Source: the human T2T-CHM13v2.0 reference genome, Homo sapiens. From it: DNA of 64,000 nt. The notes beneath the pieces are model-generated. The model did no database searches. It saw nothing but the letters and a program-made list of their open reading frames with translations, and was not told the origin of the DNA. Below are positions 52,886 through 64,000 of the stretch, in pieces. Every line of letters starts with the position of its first letter. Within the stretch, counting starts at the first letter, position 1. The stretch is from NCBI RefSeq assembly GCF_009914755.1, contig NC_060946.1; one strand, written 5' to 3'. The translations under genes were made by a program, and so were the position numbers.

Positions 52886-53338
52886 GTGAGGAGGATCTGC
52901 CTAAAGGAACACCATTGTTCATCCACAAGGGGCTTATGTTAACACAGATGGTGAAGACACAAAGAGGTCTTCCCAAGAGAGGAAGTCATGGTTTTCTGCT
53001 TTTTCTTCTGGTAGAGGAAAAGGTACCTCTTGAGTGAGTGAAAGTCGCAGTCAGTATAAGGCAAAGGGACCCAAGAACTCCCAAGGGACAGATGGAGTAA
53101 AATGAGTAAAAATGGCAGAGTGAGAACACTGGGAGGAAAATACTGTCTTGCAAATCAGGCATAAAAGTGCATAGGAGTCAGGGACCAGTAGAAGAGAAAA
53201 AGAAGGTCAGAGTCCAGTGGAAAAGAGAATTTATAAAAGCAGAGAAGAAATGTGAGCTACATGAAAATCTTTCTCCCTCATGGCTTTTCTTGTTTTTGTT
53301 TTATTTCTCTTCCTAACCATTTTTCTGGTTGCTCATAG

Positions 53339-53409
53339 CCTCTACCTGGAGTGATGGTGGCTCAGTTCGTCCTAGTTACTGGCTGGTTCTTCACAATCTC
53401 ACCCCACAG
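53339..53409 (+). CDS. TNRC6B: TNRC6B coding exon (probable exon 21), start of RRM, 71 nt
   Basis: gctcatag|CC...CCACAG|gtaatt; encodes [12 protein letters not shown]. Confidence 0.95.
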
Positions 53410-53468
53410 GTAATTATGCTTTCTCGCAGTTTTCTAGATAGGACTTGATTGTATTAAGAGAGAGGGAA

Positions 53469-56478
<3,010 letters not shown>

Positions 56479-56693
56479 TGTTAATTATACACATACATCC
56501 ATATAAAATGAATATGGGGGTGGCCGTGTTTGGGTTAGAACTAATTTTAAAATGAAAGCTTCCTAAAAGCAGACTAATCTCTATCATAGCTTAAAAGGTT
56601 ATAAGAGCAAGTCACCTGCTCTCCAGCCTGGGTGACAGAAGAGTGAGACCCCCCCCATCTCTGAATTTAAAAAAAAAAAAGCAAATCTTGATA

Positions 56694-57289
56694 CAGTTGT
56701 CACCCCCTTACCCATGATTTCTTACCCTTGGTCAAACCATAGTCAAAAAATATTAAGATGTTTTTAGAGAAAGACCACATTCACATAACTTACAGTATGT
56801 TGTTATAACTTTTCTTTTCTTTTTTTTTTTTTTTTTTTGAGACAGAGTCTTGTTCTGTCGCTCAGACTGGAGTGTGCAGTGGCGCGATCTCCGCTCACTG
56901 CAAGCTCCGCCTCCCGGGTTAATGCGGTTCTCATGTCTCAGCCTCCAAGTAGCTGGGACTACAGGCGCCAGCCACAATGCCTGGCTAATTTTTTTGTGTT
57001 TTTAGTAGAGATGGGTTTCACCATGTTAGCCAGGATGGTCTTGATCTCCTGACCTCGTGATCTGCCCACCTCAGTCTTCCAAAGTGCTGGGATTACAGGC
57101 GTGAGCCACCGCACCTGGCAACTTTTCTATTTTAGTCTCTTACTGTGCCTAATTTGTAAATTAAACTTTGTCTTAGGTATGTATGTATAGGAAAAACATA
57201 GTATACTTAGAGTTCGGTACTATTGGTGGTTTCAGGCCTCCACTGGGGGGCCTTGGAAGGTGTTCCCCTCAGATAAAAGGGGACTACTT
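56694..57289 (+). mobile_element. MER44A-like (Tigger7) DNA transposon interrupted by an antisense Alu (56811-57119)
   Basis: gaccacattcacataactt...tctcttactgtgcctaattt...gttcggtactat...ttcaggc.tccactggggg, with cagt...ggactac terminal inverted ends. Confidence 0.8.
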
Positions 57290-57595
57290 TATCTGGATAA
57301 TGTTTCTTTCATCACCTAAAATTTATCTAGAGAGCATCTATCCTAAAAAGTCTGTTGTGGCATATGCTGACATGCTTGTGTAATCTATTGTTACTTATAA
57401 AACAATGCTAAGAGCATTTCTGTGATCATTTTCTGCAAAGAACTACAGAGAAACTGCCTGTTTTCATCCTGCAGGGTGTCTACCACTGCCACCAGTAGTA
57501 CAGCTTTTTAATCTATTCAATAGTAATCTGTTTATCTTCCAAAGAAATGAACTGAAATGGTGGACTGATCTTAAATACCTATTTAAGATCTTGAT

Positions 57596-59307
<1,712 letters not shown>

Positions 59308-59589
59308 TTAAATTAGGTGGCGCTAGATCAGACTTTGCCCATCCCCTTCCCTGCCACTGTCAAACTGGTGGACGGAGAAGACCTGACTGCCCTTGGCTGC
59401 AGATGCCATGACAGAAAGCCAGACACACTGCAAGCCAGGGATGAGGGGGCTCAGGCAGCGAGGAGCCCCTGAGAAAGAGCAGCACTTCCGGGAACTGAAG
59501 CCAGGTTGCTTCGATGCTTTGGGTATGGTCTCTTGCCTCATAACTCACATGGGGAAAGAAAGAGACCATATTTTTCTTTCCTTTTTATC

Positions 59590-59860
59590 TAAGGCTTTAT
59601 TTATTTTGTTTTAGAGCAGTTTTAGGATCACAGCCAAATCGAGAGGAAGATACAAAGATTTCTGTCATATCTCCTGCTGCCACACATGAATAGCCTCCAC
59701 TATTATCAACATCCTCCACCAGAGTGGTGCATTTGTCAAGATTGCTGAACCCCTCCTTATCACCAAAAGTCTGTAGTTTACATTAGAGTTCACTCGGCCT
59801 TGTACAGTATATGGTTTTGGACAAATGTATAATGACGGGTATCTACCATTACAGTATCAG
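59590..59860 (-). mobile_element. L1MC-type 3' end fragment
   Basis: ttttagagcagttttagg...tattatcaacatcctccaccagagtggtgcatttgt...gtagtttacattag. Confidence 0.7.
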
Positions 59861-60250
59861 AGTCCTCTGCCAGTTCAGTCATCCCTCTTAGCCCCCCACA
59901 GACACACACGTTTTTCTTGATAGCTAAGTTGTCTAGAATATATAAATTCCATACACCAAGAAATATCAGAATATAGTATTCTCTAGTAGTCCTTGGTTAT
60001 CCTGAGTTTTGGTGATGCCTTGTTGGTTTACATCATTACTTCTTAATTACCTGGCGGTCTGGTTGAAATACAAGTTCTGGACCCAGAGGTCTTGGGTGGA
60101 GCTTGGACTTTGCATTCTAAAAAGCGTTCATGGATATGGCAGCTTCTAGTCAAAGGACTGCACATTGAATGTCAAGGACTGCAGTCGCTCCCTCCGTATG
60201 CTTTAGGATTTTCCTGAGATCCATAGCTCTCTTTCCCTCCCTTCTTCCAG

Positions 60251-60638
60251 GTGTGTGTTGGGAAACACTACCATCCTTGCTGAGTTTGCCACTGATGATG
60301 AAGTCAGCCGCTTTCTGGCACAAGCTCAGCCCCCTACACCTGCAGCAACCCCAAGTGCGCCAGCTGCGGGGTGGCAGTCGCTGGAGACCGGCCAGAACCA
60401 GTCAGATCCCGTGGGACCTGCTCTGAATCTTTTTGGTGGGTCCACTGGGCTCGGGCAGTGGAGCAGCAGCGCTGGTGGCAGCAGCGGGGCCGATCTTGCT
60501 GGCGCTTCATTGTGGGGGCCCCCAAACTATTCTTCTAGCTTATGGGGAGTCCCAACGGTGGAAGATCCCCATAGGATGGGCAGCCCTGCTCCTTTACTAC
60601 CTGGTGACCTTCTGGGAGGAGGGTCGGATTCAATCTGA
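60251..60638 (+). CDS. TNRC6B: TNRC6B last coding exon: end of RRM and C-terminal silencing region, stop TGA
   Basis: cttcttccag|GTGTGTG; encodes [12 protein letters not shown]...SLWG...SLWG...[14 protein letters not shown]. Confidence 0.97.
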
Positions 60639-63600
60639 ACTTAGAACTTTCAACTCTGACCTCGTGACCTTTTTTGGAACAGCAGCAGCACTAACTTGAC
60701 CTTTTCGTTTTTTTTTTCAACTTGCAATAAATACATTTTTAAAAGGAAAAAAGAAAACGGAGAGAAAAAAAGGTGGGTCATTGACAGACTGTCTGAGCAC
60801 ATAGTTGCCTCCCTTATAACTTCAGTTTTTTCGTTTGGAATATGAATCCAAAAAGAGAACATATCACTCTTGAAATACTTGAATCATGAACGCCAACCTA
60901 GAAAGACAATGTGAAGCAAGTACACATACCATTTAAATTTAAACACAAAAAAATTAAAAAAATTAGTTTCTAGTTTTTCACTTTTTTCATGTTATATGGA
61001 AGTTGTTGCTAAGAAACATATATACTGAAAAAAAATAGCTTTTTAACTTTGTTTGCACTGGGTGTGTTTCCGTCCTTAGGTCTACCATGTTTGGGAGGGA
61101 GGGAAATTCAAAAGAATTGTTGGGGGAGCGGGGAGGGAAGACTTGACGGAGCCTCACTTTAAAAACAAAAACACAAAAAACCTAAAAAAAAAAAAAAGGA
61201 AAAAATTTGTGATTGGCTGGTTGATAAATACCAGTGTGTTCTGGCACATGTAACTGCCCAGGCATGCTCGTTCTGGTGTGTGTGTGCACGTGTGTTCATG
61301 TGCATTCGCGTGCATCCTTCTCTGTCTCTGTGTGTGTGCCTGTGTTCTTCCCTTCTCCCCTGCCCCACCCTGACTTCTCAGAAAGCTGCATCGCTGACAG
61401 TCTGCAGGCTGGCTGGCCGGCCCATCTGCTTTTTATTTTATTTTTTTAACTATGAGAACACACAGGCCCGGAGAGCCACTGCTACTAAAGCAACTCCATT
61501 GGGCTGCATTAAGATGAACAGAGTGCTTTTTAATGATGAAAGCAGGGAGCTCCTTTCCATTTGCAACTTAGCCTGAATGTGGGGTTTCTCTGGCTGTTCT
61601 TTTGACCTAGCAGTAGAGTGGAGCACTGCCAAGTCCAAAAAACTAGAGCAGGAGGTACCTCTTGGAGCAACGGTGTGTTTATTTCTGTTTTTTTTTTTTT
61701 TTAAGTGAATGGCCACCAGGCACATCTGAGTATCTGTTAAGTTTCATGCAGGCCTTTTCGTTAGTTTGAAATGGGAACGGAAGATAACTTTTGATGATGC
61801 GATGTCTCAAAAACAGAGAAACTTTGTTCCCTCTTTCCTTATGATCAGGTTTGAGAAATTCTTCAAAAAATTAGGTGAAGTTGAGTTACATATTTCTGTT
61901 GGTTGGTTCTCTTTTTCATTTTATGAAAACAGAAAAGAATAAGTGGTGAGCAGCCTCCTGAAAGCATCTGCAGCTACTCCCTCTGCTCCTTTCTCGCCGA
62001 GCGTTACCTGTGCCAGGCCGTGGCGCGTTACAGCACCAGGCCATCACTGACAGAAACGTTTACTTAACGAATGTTCTTAAACCAGTGTGTACTTCAGGCG
62101 TTTCCTTTTGTTTCTCTGTGTTGTGTATTTCCTGTGTATGTGGTTTTGCTTAGGCAGGTATAACTTAGCGAAGACTTTTAAGTATTGCACCTTTTTTTGA
62201 TTTTTGACCTCTTCCCCCCACCTTGTAATTTTGCTTTTTTAATTTCGGTATTTAAATACTTTTTTTTTTTTTTAAGCATCAATGTAGTAGTACTCTGGGC
62301 CGAACAGGGGTCAACGTTTAATCTACAGTTATCACCAACATGTATGTACTTATGTTGGAATCAAAATGTATCAAACTGCTTATTGTGAAGAGAATTATAG
62401 CAGACCTGAAGGGGGCGAAAAACCAGATAGGGTGGGGGGATGGATGCCGGTGACGTGCTAGCACTTGTGTGGACATCCCAGTCTGCATTATGCTGTTTAA
62501 CATAAAGTGCCGACATTTTGTACCAGCAAATACCTGCCCATTCCAACCCTTGGTGGGAGCAGACCTCTACTGTCCTCTGTAACTTGCTGCTATTGAGGAC
62601 AAGGGAGTTTTTCTTTCTTTAGCGTCTTCAGTGAAGGATACAATACAACAATGCCTAATGTATTTGACTTTTTAGCTTGTGTCTGTGTGTAGGTGGGTGG
62701 GTGGGTGTGTATAGGAAAAGCCTAAAACAAGTTATTTGCATTTCAGTGGTTTTGTGAGACAAAGAATGGGAAATTCTGTAGCCCTTCTGGCTTACCCTGT
62801 TGATTATAAACCTAGCCTCAAAAGAGATTGACAGGCATGACTCAAGTGAGTGTTCACATATACAAGCCTGCATGAGCCCTCTGTGGGTAGGTGGTCACAC
62901 TTGGCATCTGCAGCATTGACGTGGCCCCGCTGGGTGCCTTGAGCATGCCCTCTTCCTGCTCTGCAATTTGAATCACCACCGTGCCCCTTCCACCACTGTT
63001 CCCCATGCAAAAGCTCTGCTTCCAGCAGCCCCCACTGACCGCTCTCTGTGTGGAGCAAAGTGCTGTCGTGCGGTGACCACCAGGTGAAGAGCAGCTTGTA
63101 TTCAGACATCTAGAGAAGGTTAAATCTTAGTGTCCCTGGGCCAGGAGCATATCCCAAGGCTCCTGCGAGCCAGTGGCGACCCTGTCCACTGCCGCTCTTG
63201 GTTCACTGCTGTGTCCTGCCCCACCCTCCTCTCCTCCTGCCTGTTGGTTCCTTGACCTGCACTATGGGTTAGTTGAGTTCCTTACGATACTACGGTGAAA
63301 GCCGGGTGCTAGAGCCCCTCTTGTTTACAAGACATAATGAGGGATTTGAAATATGTAAAAATAAACATGAGAAGCTAAAATGTTCTTCCATCATAAGCTT
63401 AAAGGGAAAAAAACTAAAAACTTTAAAAAAAAAAGACCAAAAAGTGCGTATATATATACATATAAATATATATTTTAGATGAAGACTAACTCTGGGAGCA
63501 TTTAACAGTGTTTTTTGTTTCTGTTTTTAACATTTGTTTTCCTGCTTTAAAATTTGCAAGCATTCTCAGGAATTCTAGGGTAGGAAGCCAGTTTTTTGAA

Positions 63601-64000
63601 GATGGTTTATTTAACCATATCTTATCCTAGAGAGATGGCTGTTTCTTTCCTGTTAATAAACTTTTACAAGTTCCTGAAACTTCAGAAAGTTTAAACAATT
63701 TTTACTTAAAAAAATGTAAAAAGAAAAGTCTCCAAACATTATTGTCATACTGGGGATCACACATTTTAAAACACATAGAAATATTTTTTAAAAATTATCA
63801 ATTTAGCAGCAACAGGTAAATTCATTATCTTAAAAATATGGGAGAAGGATTAAGCTTTGTAAGAGCTCGATCATGGATTCTTTTGAAATTGTGTGTAGTT
63901 TAATGGGAGAGTGTTTGGTGTATATAGATGAGAATGCCATCACTTTGTTCCTTTCCATTTGAGACTGAACTGAAATCTCCCCTAGTAATTTTTATTTTTT
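60639..64000 (+). other. TNRC6B: TNRC6B 3' UTR (probably continues beyond the window)
   Basis: Follows the stop codon; free of Alus unlike the introns; A/U tracts and many miRNA seed matches. Confidence 0.85.
60726..60731 (+). terminator. Candidate proximal poly(A) signal AATAAA
   Basis: AATAAA 88 nt after the stop; further AATAAA at 63360 and 63655. Confidence 0.4.

Noticed and set aside
60245-60256. AG|GTGTGT recursive-splice-like motif at the last acceptor
   Set aside because: Explained by Met-Cys-Val codons, and no downstream exon is evident.

Overview
Primate (almost certainly human) genomic DNA covering the 3' part of TNRC6B, a GW182-family Argonaute-binding scaffold of miRISC, on the + strand. 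I traced 19 GT-AG coding exons by hand (2063-4411 through 60251-60638). They join in one continuous frame totalling 5045 nt including the stop. This leaves 457 nt upstream if the protein is the recalled 1833-aa isoform, so these are probably exons 5-23. The encoded regions are the GW-rich Ago-binding domain, Q-rich region, CIM-1, PAM2, RRM and C-terminal silencing region, followed by >3.3 kb of 3' UTR. Introns carry roughly 45 Alus plus L2, L1M, L3/CR1, MIR, MLT1 and DNA-transposon remnants; nearly all other short ORFs in the track are Alu or antisense artefacts. I see no evidence of a wholly new multi-gene system. The best leads are RNA-processing hypotheses (an intronic poly(A) site that could yield an Ago-binding-only protein, an endless-ORF exon-5 circle, a candidate unannotated in-frame exon, a duplicated splice donor) and two short ~3-kb-spaced intronic duplications. 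Repeat family names and boundaries are by eye and approximate; exon numbering is inferred.
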